A stretch of 60,785 bases of DNA, filler included, from Dimorphilus gyrociliatus (lineage: Eukaryota; Animalia; Annelida): the NCBI GenBank assembly GCA_904063045.1. It is 3 parts of 3 records of this genome, joined end to end, with 100 filler letters (N's around TTAATTAATTAA, not from the genome) between each part and the next. Parts side by side here need not be neighbours in the genome. Positions count along the whole stretch, not along the records: positions 1 to 19,854 come from CAJFCJ010000193.1; positions 19,955 to 30,934 come from CAJFCJ010000289.1; 1 more part is not named here. One strand, written 5' to 3'. The first letter of the stretch is position 1; each line of letters starts with the position of its first letter. The translations under genes and the position numbers were made by a program. Of this stretch, positions 12,146-25,442 are shown in pieces. The notes under the pieces are model-generated. The model searched no databases and had not been told where the DNA came from. It saw nothing but the letters and a program-made list of their open reading frames with translations.

Positions 12146-13447
12146 TTTGATTGAGGGAAATTAATTACTGAAGTTACTGCTGCTATCAGCGTAATATTTA
12201 CTTCAAATGTTATCTCGCCAACTAGATATAATACTTATCAATGTAGTCACATTCATCAAGTGAATAGTAGTTAAATTCTGAACCTTAGCTGGGGTTACGT
12301 AACGTAATATATAATATTGTTACAGTTTAAAAGCATTTGAAAAACATTGTATTAAAAAGTTACAAAATAAAAAATATTAATAGTGACATTATTCCTAATA
12401 TTCCTAATTCTTCATTGAAGTCTATGATAATATATTTTCAGACAAATAAAGACAATTTTGCATGAAAGATAATATATTTTCACTGATAAAATTGTCACAA
12501 AAGCCCGAGTTTTTGACACAAAACTTTGGCCTACTAAACACTTTCAATAATTTTCCATTTGGTTGAATATTCTTGGCTTTTTTTATCTTAAGGTTGTTTC
12601 AATACTTGTTATATCAGGTCTTTGAATTCATTCATTAACTTTTTCAGTCTATTTAGAAGCATAAGAATATGCAAAAAAACAATATTCTATTCAGATAGAC
12701 ATAATAAATTGTTAGACTGCGGCTATTGAGAATATTGCCGAATTGCAAATATTAAAGTTTTATCCTTTGTCAAGTAAGACTAAAGAGGTTAAAGTTCAAT
12801 ATTGAATTTTTCATCTTCGCTTTAAAAGTCTCTTTTAAAATATCTTAGGACAAAAAATTTGCATTCAGAATCTTTCTGAATAATTGCTCTATCAAAATGT
12901 CCTTACAAATCATATTTTCACAGATTTTCATAGAAATTCAACTGGTCTTCGACAGCCTAGACATGAAAAATTAACTTTACTTCATTCTGTTTAAGACTAT
13001 CTACTGCAAAAAGAATGTCTTCCTAACTGGTTTCTCTGGATAATAGCAATGTCTGTGGAAATGTAACAATGACACTGCAATGTTTTTTTTTGAAATATTC
13101 ACCTATTTAAATATTTTACCTTGCTAATTGGATAAAGTAAAAAAATCGCTTTGCTCTTATTCATTGATATATTCAAATGATTCAATAATGTTCTTATTAT
13201 AATATTTGAAATTAATAAATTTATTAGAGATACAACAATGTCATTAAACTGGCTATTTAAGAAATATATTAGTATAATTCGTATAATAAACCACGTGTTA
13301 TTTCTCTTCAATTCATTTTATAAAAAACTATGCAGATTCAATATTAATTTGGAAAAATTCATGAATTCAACATAAGTTGAACAGTATTATATCATTCGCT
13401 ATCTTAGAAAAAGTAACAATATTCAATGATCAAATAATTCATTGAAT

Positions 13448-15374
13448 TTAACTTGAAACATAGAATACATTGAATAGAGAAGTAGTTGAAGTCACTCCAA
13501 ATGTTCCTCTACCTCGAACTCTTAAAACATCATTTTCATTCATTTTTACTAACAGTGACCTTGAAACGTATTTCTCAAGTGAATTTGAATTCAAATTTAA
13601 CAATCTTCCTTGAACTTCGTTATTAACTGTAATTTCTGCTATCAATTGATTCAAAGGTTTTCCTCCTACAGTCAATGAAACCATGTAAATGCCTGGTACA
13701 TGACAACGATAGTTATGATTATCAGGATCCCAACCATTTCCGACATTGTGAATAACATTGTCAAAAGATACAGTGCTTAAGGCGGTTGAATTAAACTCTG
13801 TTGTTCTTTCAACTGATATTAAAGGAGAATCATTTGTGCCATTTATCCTAAAAGCGACAAGTCCAATTTGCCTATCGCCATCGGCGAATATCGATCCACT
13901 TCTTCTCGCAATATTGAAAGTATCGCCAGCATTAAAATGTAAAATGGCCGATTTTGACTTCATATCGAGACGGGTATTTGTTCTTGTAACCAAAAATTGC
14001 ATCTGAGGAACATCATTTCCATTTTTCCTTAGCAAGAAGTTAGAAGAGGCACGAACGCCATAGTTAAAAGTGATGTAGTAATAGCCTGCCGTACTAACAG
14101 TGAAAAGAGAACTTCCTGTTATTCCTTCTCGAGCAAATGTTCGTGTAAAAGGCACTGTGACAGCTGAGCTAGAGCTACTTCTCAATACAAACAAGAAATT
14201 GTCGGTTTCATAGCGAAATCCCAACCATGAACTTTCTAATCCATCTTCACTTCCATATATTGAACCAGAACGGTCATTGATTGTTCGAGTTATTTGAATA
14301 GGCGAAGTGTATTTATAAAGTGATTGAATTTGATCAGTTGTTTCGCCTACATTTGATCCTGATCTCCAAAATTCAGTATGAAGAGAATTCAGCCTTCCTC
14401 TTCCCCTATAAGTATTTTTACTTGTGTAAACAAATGAAGCGAAATATACACCCGGTGTAGTTATATTCATTGCTGAGTCGGAAGAGTCATACAGGTTTTC
14501 ACTATTTATCATTACTTTGTCAAAAGGATGTCGACGAGTTGGTCTAATTAACCTTCTGTTACCAACGTAAAAAGCGGGAGAAGGTGAGCCCAACACCGGA
14601 CAGTCATCTTGATTACACTCCACTGCGTCAACACTATTACCCAAACATCCTGTACCACCATTCGATGGAGGAGGGTTGTTACATTCTCGTGTTCTCACTC
14701 TTAGACCGTTTCCACACGATGGAAAACAGTTTCCGAATTGGCCCCATTCGGACCACCCTCCATCTATTGCGCAAAATGCTTCTGAAGTAGGAACGCATAC
14801 TTGAATGTTACAGTTTCGAACATTCAGTTTCGGATTGAAAGCGAAATCGGAAGGACACTGTTGTGGCCAAGAAACGCCATTGACACAATGATAGTATTGA
14901 CGGCAATCTTTTGGATTTGGGAATGTACCATCAATTGCTGGATCGCATTCAAATTCATTTCTATTCTCTTGCTTCTTTTCAGGAGATTTTGCGTAATCAT
15001 TTCTTTGTTCTGCTGACTCATGATGCTGATGATTATTGAATATAACTGGAGTGTCGCCTGGACATTTTGCTTGACTTGGATCTACACAGATTGAGTATCG
15101 ACAACTTTTCAGTTTAACAGTAAAGAATAATCCTGGAGGACATTGTTGCGGGAAAGGATTTCCGTTCACACAGTGATAGTATACATTACAAAAAGTAGGA
15201 TCAGGAAATGTACCATTGATGGGTTGTAGATTCTCATTGAGCGGACATTGAAACTGATTTCCATAAAAGAGTGGAATTATCGTTGCTAGTGGAATAGGGT
15301 AAAGAATGATGAACGATTTAAAAAAATGAAAATTGTCACTCACCTAATATAAATGCTGTTGATGAAGCCTTCAT
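13448..15374 (-). CDS. Secreted protein: 2x chitin-binding peritrophin-A (CBM14) + thrombospondin type 1 repeat + 3 tandem C1q-like domains
   Basis: Exon 1 15374-15344, a 58-nt phase-1 intron and exon 2 15285-13448 give the signal peptide MKASSTAFILATIIPLFYG. Two CBM14 units (GTFPDPTFCNVYYHCVNG..QQCP; GTFPNPKDCRQYYHC), canonical TSP1 (WSEWGQFGNCFPSCGNGLRVRTREC) and three C1q-like units (TPGVYF, TAGYYY, VPGIYM; FDNVIHNVGNGWD). Confidence 0.88.
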
Positions 15375-17518
15375 TTTCAACTTTGTGCAGAAATCATTGC
15401 TGTTATTGTAATATATAACGTAAAACTTATCTATTGAACATTTGATAAAAGTTATCAGTGCAAAGTTATGAATTTCAATGTTTGATTAATATTCCTGAAC
15501 TTTTTTCTTAGGATCGATGTGTAGTAAATTGTCTATTGTAGGTATTTAATGAAAAATGATTATTTTAGGATAAAAGTTAATGGTTTTGTTTGAATTGGTT
15601 GAAGAAAGTTTTGTTGTTTTCGATATACAGCGTTTCTGATGGTTTATTTCGATAAATTGAAAAAAGTAGTCAGATGACTAATTCTTTATAGTTATCTTGA
15701 ATAGAATCATTTCTTTACCTTTAGTCTATAAAGCCACAAATAATTATCGTTTGAAGTATGAGATGTTGCGATCGTCGTAAGATAATAGAAATCTATAATC
15801 GTTTGAGAAATTGTTACGATTGTAACTGTTATCAAAAATTTTTATAGATGAAATTACTGTTTATCATTTCAAGATAACGAGTTCATAATTACGAACATGA
15901 TATTGCATTATATATATTGGCTAAGAAAAAATTAAGTGTCTTTGAGGCAAATGTACGTAACAGTCCGACAACTGTATTTAAGTTTGATATAGGTATAGTA
16001 TACTGTATATTGCTTTAAGAGGAAGCAGAAAATACCAGTATATCTATAAATAACGATGACTATAACATATAACTAAGATCGAAGAATAGTCTTTTGTTTT
16101 TTGTTATCCCTGTTTAGCGGAAGTAAGTTGTTTTTTTTGGTATTTTTCAAATATATAGAAATACCTATTCTACTTAACCATTACATAAAACTGTATAGAG
16201 TGAATTGTAGCAATCCTTATTCGCTGAAAAGAAGGTCAAAGACATTAGCTTAGTTTCATATCTACAATCTGAATATTGTATATTAAGTATACAATATATA
16301 CAGGAGCTCTTTTGAACAGGCCTATTTGACACTTTTTTTGGAAAATTTATGTATTACATTTTACTTAGCCTAGAAATATTTTGAACATTTATTTGTTATT
16401 TTGTTTAAATTGACAATAATGAGTTGTGTCAAGAGCCCAGTTCATGGACGAGAAGAACTTTTCGAAGAAGATTTAACAAAAGCGACGAACGAACCTCTCA
16501 CCGTAATAAAGAGGGAAATAGTCTATAATTTTACTTTTAAATTACATTGCACCTTGTTAACTTTTATACAAAACCATTGATTTCTTTGTATATAAGCGGA
16601 AAGAAACAGGTTTAATAAAGATAACTAAGCATCATTTAATCCATTTCAATTGTTCAAATACTAGGTTTATCTATTCTAGACTTTCTTGAGTTTATTGTAT
16701 TTTAGTAAAGAAACAATCTGGAGTAAAATTATTAAAATGTTTATCTGCCCTCTACCATCTTGAAGAAAAACAAAACAAAACAGCTGAATCTGAAAATAGG
16801 CCTACTAAATCACTTTTACTATAAATATCTTAAGAGAACGAATGAAAAGTTTATTGAATAGAAAGTTTTAGAAGAGATTAGATTAATCATTACATACTAG
16901 AAACTGATTTAATCCAACGAAAATAGAGAAAGTAAGAAAAAGATTATCTGAATGTTGAAATTAATTTACATAATCCTTATCTATCTATAACTATTGTGCA
17001 CTAAAAATGGGATATATTTTTCTTATTTGAATTGTTTGAATTCCGTGTTTGGTCTTACGAAACCAATTAAAAAATTGCAAGGTTAATACAGTTCAATTAT
17101 TTACTCAGTAGCTGTTCAATTTTTTATTCCTCTTTTAAAAAATCTGTTCAAACGTACGTGTTAAGTTGGTTACATAATAATAAATATACATATATATATA
17201 TAGGATAAATCTGAAGGCAAACTTGATAAAATACAATGTACAAAGTATAATTTCAATATACATATAAAAGAAAGATATACGTATAAACAGTATATAAATG
17301 ATAATATACGATACCTTCAAGATTCAATATGTTTTCGTGCCAGATACTTATTTATGGTATCTGGATATAAAAAAATAGAGTTTTTTATTCTAAAAGACAG
17401 TTTTTTTTGTATATAACTATTAGATGAGTGAATAGTAATATGTATATAAGGCTTGGCTTTGTAGATTTGTTCTATATTGAACGAATGCATTGAAGATTGA
17501 GCAGTTTGAACGGGAGCT

Positions 17519-19240
17519 ATGCAGCCCCTCCAAGAATTAGCCTTTGATTACATAGTCAATAATTTTGAAAGAATATACAGCGACAAGAAACTTCGCAGAA
17601 GATGGATAAAATCAAAAATTCCTACTGTTATTGGACAAGAATTATTGACAGAGCTTAATGATTCATTTTTGGGTATACATCAAAATTATTTGGACATGTT
17701 TCATAGGGACACGTGCTGTATAAGAGAAATAAAATTAAACTGTTCAAATGTCAATATACCTTCGTATATGAGATTTCTTAAAAGCCAGTTAATTGAAAAA
17801 GCCGCCATCTTGAATTTAACAGAACTACAATTAAGAGACTGGATTGTTTTCTTGGAAGGTAAGCGGTTAAGGGAATTATCAATAAAGGGCTGTCTTATAT
17901 CGGACAACAACGACGGTGACGAAGGAGAATGTCTAAGGTCAATTACGTGTCTAAAGCTATTTAAGAATTTAAGAATTTTAGACGTTTCGTGCACAGATCT
18001 ACAAGATATTCATTTAAAATTTCTATCTAAGGAATTAACAAAATTACAAGACTTGAATATATCACGAACAAAAATTACTAATCTACGTCATCTTGAACGA
18101 TTTTCAAAATTACAATCCCTGGATTGTTCATTTCCGCTGGACGACGACGTTTACAATACATATCTTGCACTATTGAATTTGAAATGTTTAAGAAATCTTG
18201 ATATATCGAGGGAAGATAGTTCGGATTGCGATAATCCCGTATTAAGGTATTACAATCCGGAAAAGGTATCTTCCGCAAAGAGAAGAGTATTTAATATATC
18301 TAAACTGTTTTCAAAGAAAAAGGAATGGTCTCTATCAGATTTTCTTAATAATGCTTATTGGAAAGATATGGTTAGCTTTAATCTATCCGGAAGTTGGCGT
18401 CGACCAATAAAAAGTTTAAGTAATTTTATAAATAAACACAAGAAACTAGAATTTTTTGGTCTATTTGGTTACGAATTCGATATGGAAGAATTGGAAATGT
18501 TGGTAACTAATGGTAACAAACTGAAAGAATTAATTAAATGCTCTGATGATACTAGAATATGCGCTTTAAGTAGTATGACTATGATGAAAAAGAATATCGG
18601 ATACGAAACGCCTTATATGGAACTTTTAGAATGGAAAAGTGGTATGGGTAGCGAAGATGAAAGTTTCAAAGATAAGGTTGATGGTATAAATCTAGAAGTT
18701 GCCGAAGTTTTAAACGAACAACTAGATCATATTAAACTTTCGTATAACGATAATAAAAGTCCGGCTGAACACGCTTATCTAGCTCATTCTATATTTTGTA
18801 TGCTAAGATTTATGGATTTGCGAAAATGTCCTCACTATTATAGGATTATTAAATCAGTGGCAAATATATTCTTAAATTTCAGAGATGAGAGCTTTTGGGA
18901 CCATGATTTAACTTACATATTCAGAATTCTTAGTCAGCATTTTAATGCTTTAAAATTCGTTTGCGATAGAAATAAAATTCTAGCAAGAATATTTGAACAT
19001 TCCGATCCAAAATTTGACGAAACTTACGAAGATGTTCTTCTTCATTTCATTCAAAGTTTAGATAAAAAGAAGCTATCTAAGAAAGAGATAACTGGTTTTA
19101 TCGAGAGCTACAAACAATTTGAGAAGAAATTACAATTATTACTTTTAAATTCACCAACGTTTGATTGGCAATTCGATGATATTCAAGAAATTATGTCTGA
19201 ATTTATTCAATTTTCAGAAAATAATATTTCATCTAATTAG
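17519..19240 (+). CDS. ZYG11/ZER1-like leucine-rich-repeat protein (putative Cullin-2 substrate receptor), single exon
   Basis: 573 aa. N-terminal PLQELAFDYIV resembles an Elongin-C-binding BC/VHL box; LRRs LRILDVSCT, LQDLNISRT, LQSLDCS, LRNLDIS; helical C-terminal half. Family call from motif recognition. Confidence 0.75.
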   Translation: MQPLQELAFDYIVNNFERIYSDKKLRRRWIKSKIPTVIGQELLTELNDSFLGIHQNYLDMFHRDTCCIREIKLNCSNVNIPSYMRFLKSQLIEKAAILNLTELQLRDWIVFLEGKRLRELSIKGCLISDNNDGDEGECLRSITCLKLFKNLRILDVSCTDLQDIHLKFLSKELTKLQDLNISRTKITNLRHLERFSKLQSLDCSFPLDDDVYNTYLALLNLKCLRNLDISREDSSDCDNPVLRYYNPEKVSSAKRRVFNISKLFSKKKEWSLSDFLNNAYWKDMVSFNLSGSWRRPIKSLSNFINKHKKLEFFGLFGYEFDMEELEMLVTNGNKLKELIKCSDDTRICALSSMTMMKKNIGYETPYMELLEWKSGMGSEDESFKDKVDGINLEVAEVLNEQLDHIKLSYNDNKSPAEHAYLAHSIFCMLRFMDLRKCPHYYRIIKSVANIFLNFRDESFWDHDLTYIFRILSQHFNALKFVCDRNKILARIFEHSDPKFDETYEDVLLHFIQSLDKKKLSKKEITGFIESYKQFEKKLQLLLLNSPTFDWQFDDIQEIMSEFIQFSENNISSN

Positions 19241-19279
19241 AACAAATAAAATAACAATTAAGAAAAAAAATGATTTATT

Positions 19280-19306
19280 AGAGAGAGAGAGAGAGAGAGA
19301 GAGAGA
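19280..19306. repeat. (AG)n microsatellite
   Basis: Direct reading, just 3' of the ZYG11-like stop. Confidence 0.95.
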
Positions 19307-19854
19307 AATTAGCATTGGAAAAAGATTTCTATTTATGATGAAATTAACAAGTTTAATACAAATATCCCCGTCTCTAACCTATTTATTTTGTACTATTTAG
19401 TTTTTTGTACTTCTTCTTCTTCTTCTCCTTCTTTTGTTTTTATCTTGAAATTTTTTTTTCTTTCTTTGGATTTTTAAACAAGGAAAAAAAAAACTATTAA
19501 CGAAACAAACAAACAAACAAACCAACGTCAAAAAATGAATATGTTAGCAAACAATTAAAAAAGAAATATAACAATTGTCAATTCTGTTTTTTTAGTTTAT
19601 TTCCTTTTTTTTCTCTTCATATTTAATATTTATTTCTGTTTGATAAACAAAAAATACAAACAAATATTCAATACAGAATTTATACAAAAATCTTCCTTTA
19701 AATTGTTGTTTAATACTTGAATTTGTTTGAATTAGTTTATATTAGATTTTTGTGAATTTTGTTCCCTTTTCATTCACTTTTATACAATTAACAGATTCTT
19801 TAAATGTTTCAATAGCTTTACCATTACCTATTAAACTTATCTCTTGGAATAGGA

Positions 19855-19954
19855 NNNNNNNNNNNNNNNNNNNNNNNNNNNNNNNNNNNNNNNNNNNNTT
19901 AATTAATTAANNNNNNNNNNNNNNNNNNNNNNNNNNNNNNNNNNNNNNNNNNNN
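19855..19954. other. Artificial contig-joining spacer
   Basis: Exactly 44 N + TTAATTAATTAA (stops in all six frames) + 44 N = 100 nt; identical to 30935-31034. Confidence 0.97.
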
Positions 19955-20817
19955 CAAAAGTATAAAAAAACAGGAATATTAACGCCAAAAAATAAGGGGG
20001 GTAGAAGAAGCCTACTGTCTGTTGAATGTAGAGTGTATTTAGGAGAGCTATTAAATAACGATAAAATTCTTACTTTAAAAAACTATAAGAGTTGCTTTAC
20101 CAAAAAGTTGAGATTAAAGCATCTTATAGTACTATCCATCGAGTACTTAAAAAACTACATTATTCTATAAAAACTCTTTCTGTAATTCCAGCTTCAAGAA
20201 ACACAGAAAGAACTATAAATATGAGAAAAATATATGAAAATAAGTTCTCTAATCTTTTACATCACATATATTTAGCTCATTTATTTTTATAGACGAAGTG
20301 GGGGTTCTTTATCGATAAGAGTAAAAAGAGGAAGATCTAAAGTAGAAACTTCAGCATATAGTGAAGTAAAATCTGTGAGAAGTGTTAATCATAGTGATAT
20401 TTAAGCAATAACACCAGAAAAAGTTTTTACTTTATGAAGTAAAAAGAGGTTCTATCAATGGAGAGAAATTTAAAAATTCTATGTTATGATTAGTAGAGAT
20501 TTGTGGAGATTCTAGTATAAATCAATATTTATGATGGTCAATTCAAAGAATCTCCATTATACTCCTTTAAAACAGACCATTATAGATAAAAACTCAGAGT
20601 TCTTTATTTACCGCCTTATTCCCCTTTTTAAAACATTATTGAGAATCTTTTCTCAAAGCTGAAAAATTATGTAAAAAGGTCAAGGTTTAGTGATACAAGT
20701 TCTTTATTGAGCTATATAGAACAAGGATTTTCAATAATTACAAATTCAGACTGTAATGGTATTTTTAGAAAGATGTTAGGCTACCTCCATGGTGTAGAGC
20801 AGGAGAAGAAATATTAG
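19955..20817 (+). mobile_element. IS630/Tc1-superfamily (IS630-like) transposase pseudogene
   Basis: Across frameshifts it reads NKGGRRSLLS..., STIHRVLKKLHYSIK, FIDEVG and FLYLPPYSPFLNIIENLFSKLKNYV; multiple stops. Confidence 0.85.
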
Positions 20818-20989
20818 AATAAATCTTTGTCCAATTTTTTATAAAAATATTATTTTTATCTTTCTTTATATTTACAAAAAATCAAAAATTAGCAAAAAAA
20901 ATTAATTATTGAAAAAAATCCCAATTTGATTGCAATAAAAAATATTTTTTTAAATATTTTAACCCCCCTTGGCAATCCCAATTTTATCG

Positions 20990-21380
20990 GAAACTCCTAT
21001 ATTATAGAGTTTAATGAAAGAATTACTCGTGCATTTGCACGGGGAATCCCAAATAAGAGAACCTCTACACTCGTAGCTATTATTTGTATTCAAGTAGTGA
21101 GTGGATCTATCATACACACCGATGAGCACAGTGTTGATTTACGATTAAGTGAATATAATTTTTCACATGACACTATGTGTCAACAATAAATTTTGTTGCC
21201 GAGAATGGCACACATACTCAAGCAATTGAGTCTTTTCACCACTGATTGAAAAGAGAAATTAAATTAAGGAAAGGCGTTCGAACTTACAAACTTCAAGAAT
21301 TTTTAAATGAATTTTATTTTTTTATAATAATAGACTTAGAGCAGGAGATGCAATATTCGATTTAATTGAATTTTTCTAGT
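20990..21380 (+). mobile_element. 5'-truncated Merlin (IS1016/ISXO2-like) transposase fragment
   Basis: SGSIIHTDEH, FSHDT.C, THTQAIESFH; near-identical in DNA to 26330-26720. Confidence 0.85.
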
Positions 21381-21551
21381 ATTATTATTTATTTTCTTTA
21401 ATCTTTATTTTTTTTTGTATTTTTAAATTTTTATTTAAATTTAAATTTTAACTGTAAATTATTGATTTTTAGTTTAGACTTTACTAAAATTTTTTCGCCT
21501 ATTTTTTTGTCTTAGACTTATGATAATATTTTCCCCCAGGGGAAAAGTTTT

Positions 21552-21826
21552 GGATCACTCCCCAAATTTGCACCCATTACCAGTCATTTCCCTAAAATTG
21601 CACCCCTATATTATTTAATTCCCCAGATTTCCCCCCCTGGGGTGCAAATTTGGGGGAGTCCAATTTTGTATATTTATTATATATATCTTATTTTTATTGC
21701 GACAAAAGCTTTGCTATAGGTAGAGATAATTTTTATTAAATTCATTTTATTTCCCCAAATTTGCACCCCTATATTATTTAATTCACCAAATTTCCCCCCT
21801 TGGGGTGCAAATTTGGGGGGTGATCC
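21552..21826. mobile_element. Non-autonomous Merlin-like MITE (275 bp) with internal duplication
   Basis: Ends GGATCACTCCCCAAATTTGCACCC and GGGTGCAAATTTGGGGGGTGATCC are inverted repeats; an internal copy of the right end sits at about 21638-21661. No matching target duplication found. Confidence 0.65.
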
Positions 21827-23879
21827 AAACATTGTACATACCAAGAATCATAGTAATTGCAGATGCAATAAAAAAAACTTTGGATCAGTGTTTAAATTTA
21901 ACCCGGAGGGGGGGGAGGGATTTTGGACTTGATTCAAAACTTTTACCCTTACAAATGAAATTTTCTATCGCCAAATATCATATAAATTGCAAAAAGAAAA
22001 TATAATAGTTACTAGCCCCGTATAATATAATACCGAGAAACGTGCAACTGTACCGCTATAAAAAGTTAATATACCAGAGGAAACCTAAAAGTTGAAAATA
22101 CGGCATATGATTAAGAAGTTCATCTTCAAAAAAATTATAGACAACACTAAGGAGATTATTTAGAAAGACCCCCCACATAAAACTAATAGAAAATCCTTTC
22201 AGGAAGTATACTCATACTTTGCATCAATTCATAAAGAAATCCCCTAAAACTTAAAATGGAAAGACGAAAATTAGGAAAAGATATAACATATGGTCTTTCG
22301 CTTAAACTGAATGTGATAGGTTTAAAAAATAGAGGTATATTCTGGCTATAAAGAGAAAAACATCCTATATCGAAAGATAAATATCGTTCATTACACCTTG
22401 TATACGAGACATTATCAAAGCTTATGAAAACTTAGGTATTTTTATGAATAAGCAAAATATTAAGATATTATATGAAGTTTTTGAATTATATTATGAATTG
22501 CGGATAGAAAATCTGCAAAAAAATATATTTTGTTCTATAAAACAATCATTTTAGAAGGTATTTTAAGAGCCAGAGAAAGAAACAAAACCTAGGAGGTAAG
22601 GTAGTATAAACAAATTTCCAAATAAAACTAAAGTAATGAGCAAAAAATGTCAGAATAAAGGAGATAAGTTCAGGAATTAAAATCATATTATTGAAATTTT
22701 AGATATAAAAAACGTACCAAAATGAATGTATTGAAGATGGTAATGAGTAGAATGATAGTCTAGCTAATATTTCGGATTTCGATGAGACTCTAGAGAGAGA
22801 AGATATTGGCACTCTAACTATAGAAAATCGAAATTATGATAAAGTTACAAATCAAAATCTTTATAAGAATTATACATAGCTACCTTTATTATTAATAAAT
22901 TTCAAACGAATTATATAATAAATAACTTGGTCAAAAAGAAAAATGAAACATCTTCAAAACACAAAAACAATTTCCCAAAGTCTCTAGATTTATCTTTTGT
23001 TGGAAATCTTAGAACCTTAAAAAGTCATAAGTATAAATATATAGCATAAAAATGATAAAAATTGCATTAATAGTAAAACTATGGTATTTAAAATGAACTG
23101 TTCTATTTTAAAAGGTGCGAGGAGCTTTCTTAAGAAATGGGGGGGGGAATGATAATAAATAAAAACAATGATTATTAGAAACAAAGAAAGTTACAAATTC
23201 ATATCTAAAAAAATTAGCATTTACAATAGATCCAAACCAATGCATTATTGAAGAAAATATTTAATTTGAGACAAAAAAACTTAAAAAATGAACAAAACTT
23301 TAAATGCATGATATTTACAGACTTTTTATATCAAAAATATACATATACAAAATTTTCATCAATTCCGGCAAGAACCTTGAGCTTTCCAAATGATCATAGG
23401 CCAAGTCCTGATAAGTGAATAATTTATATAGAATAATTAATCTATCACAAAAAGCAACTTATTTGAAAAAACAATGATTTGGTATGATTTTCCACGATAT
23501 ATAAAAAATTGAATAATAAATAAATAAAATAAAGAATAAACAGTAAAGTAACTTGAGAAGGAAAAATGAGGCCAAAGGATTTCTCGCGTACTTCCCGGGA
23601 ATACTCTTTGATTTTTAAATAAATCTTTTTCTTTATTCAAAAAATGTAAAGAAAAACTAAGAGGATCTTTAAAAATTTAATCCTACTTCCAAAGAACGCA
23701 GACGATAAGTGTTAAATAAAATAATTATAAAATAAAGCAAATCTGTTTTGGCTAAAAAGATTTTGAGGTACAGCTATATTTGTTTCTAAAAAAAATGAAC
23801 ATAATTTTAGCTTTAAATCGTTTTTTTATTTATTTTTATCCGAGCCAAAATTTTAAAAAAGGATCTCCCGTTTTTAGAA

Positions 23880-24320
23880 ATCAATAGTCTTTGAAATACG
23901 ATTTTATATTTTCTTCTAATCACTCCCTCCTGTTTTTAAGAAGTATTTGAGCCATATCCATTGATTATCTATGTTCTGAATATGCTTTTCTTTGTTTTTA
24001 GGATCTACAAATACTTCTTTGTGTTTAATAGTAAAATGTCCATATTCAAGTAATTTCACTTCATTATGGGCTTTCCACTCGTTAGTTATAATAACTAAAT
24101 ATTCTTTTACATTCTTTATTATTATTTTGGATAGTGTTTCTCAATCTTTTTTTGTGACAGGCTCAAAGAAGCACTTTTATGTAGCTTTACAGAAACCACC
24201 TACTACACATATATGCTCTATTAGTCTTCCTTTGTTATTTTGCGTTTTACTGACAGAACTCTTATCAATCTCAACGATTCTACCGCCGCCGCTAATTTCT
24301 TTCTCAAAAGTCATCATGCC
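23880..24320 (-). mobile_element. Second, divergent Merlin/ISXO2 transposase pseudogene
   Basis: Minus strand reads ISGGGRIVEIDKS...KGR...VVGG...CFFEPV...TLSKII...IITNEWKAH...GHFTIKHKEVFVDP...HIQNIDNQW with in-frame stops. Confidence 0.82.
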
Positions 24321-24499
24321 GTATGCGAATGATTTTTTACCTATTATTATATAATGTTTTGACTATAGTAATTCTTGGACACAATTTTTAATTTTTTTTT
24401 CTCTCCTTTTATGAAAAATAAAAAATAATCTTAAGTTTATTATAAGCTTTTGACTTTTTTGGTGATAATAGTACTGAAAATCCATTTTTTTATTCATTA

Positions 24500-25322
24500 G
24501 AATGGCTTGAAAGCATAAGAAGAAATAATGACCAACAGTTTTAGGAGGTATTCGATTGTCTAAAAACTGTTTCTCATCTCTTATAAATAAGCTTCAAAGA
24601 GACCAAGAATGTCCAGTGAATGTAGAAAATAAATGTTTATATTTTTATTCTTTATTTCACATAGGAACACTTATAGAAAGTTGCGTGAGGTTGGACTGCC
24701 ATAAATCAACGAATTTTATAATTATATCCGAGATATGTCTATTTGTCTCGAGAAAAGCACAAGAAACCATTGTTTTTCCCTTTCAAAGTGAATATGAGGA
24801 ACTAGCAAGGGGGTCTATGATATAAGTGGGGGGAGGGGACCAATTTTAGCAATAGTGGCACACATCCCCATTTTAAAACCAAAAAACAGCGGATTCGATT
24901 ATTATAACCGTAAGAGTTCTTTTCGATCAACTTTATATGTGTTTTTGATCACAAAAAGAGATTTAGATGTGTGTGTTATGGGGGGGTCAACACATGATGC
25001 AATAATTTATCTGAATTCACATCTAAAAAGAATGGTTGATCAAATCAATGATGATTCTTTTTTCGTAGTAGGAGACCAAGGCTTTAGGGGATTTGAGAAA
25101 ATAAAGCTTTGTCAATCAACAGTAAGACATCGATTAACGGCCGATGAAGAATATGGGCTTAAAAAATGCAGAATAATCTCTGAAAATGCCTTTTGTTTAT
25201 TTAAATCAAAGTTTAAAAGGTATACCATGAAAGTTTCGAATGGAGAAAATGATAAAAATATTAAAATTGTGATTGCTGCGATGTATATACACAATTTTAT
25301 AATAGATTTTGAAAGTCAATAA
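24500..25322 (+). mobile_element. PIF/Harbinger (DDE_Tnp_4, HARBI1-like) transposase pseudogene
   Basis: AHIPILKP...DYYNRK, GSTHDAII, VVGDQGF and RIISENAFCLFKSKF motifs; the N-terminal part lies in shifted frames (24556-24825). Confidence 0.82.
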
Positions 25323-25442
25323 AAGTAGTTTTATAAAATTTATTTATTTTTAACGAAAACACTCATTCCTTCTTTTAAAGTTTGGGATCAACCCCAAAAT
25401 TTTGGATCACCCTTGAAATTTTCCCCCCGGGGGGGAAATTTC

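Noticed and set aside
13758-15021. ORFs 13758-14006, 14584-14790, 14801-15016 and 14824-15021
   Set aside because: Antisense or alternate-frame shadows of the CBM14-TSP1-C1q gene, with no motifs.
19738-19854. Minus-strand open frame at the end of contig 1 (LFQEISLIGNGK...)
   Set aside because: Under 40 codons, cut by the spacer, and no family recognisable.
19899-19910. TTAATTAATTAA as a piggyBac TTAA site or regulatory palindrome
   Set aside because: Centred in an exact 100-nt N spacer that occurs twice; an assembly linker.
21805-22005. 66-aa ORF
   Set aside because: Starts inside a MITE inverted repeat and runs through another transposon end; no coding signal.
22020-23640. Coding-like purine-rich stretch in the transposon contig
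   Set aside because: Stops in all frames and no motif recognised; may be a decayed gene but I cannot support a call.
23992-24354. 120-aa plus-strand ORF
   Set aside because: Antisense shadow of the minus-strand Merlin pseudogene.
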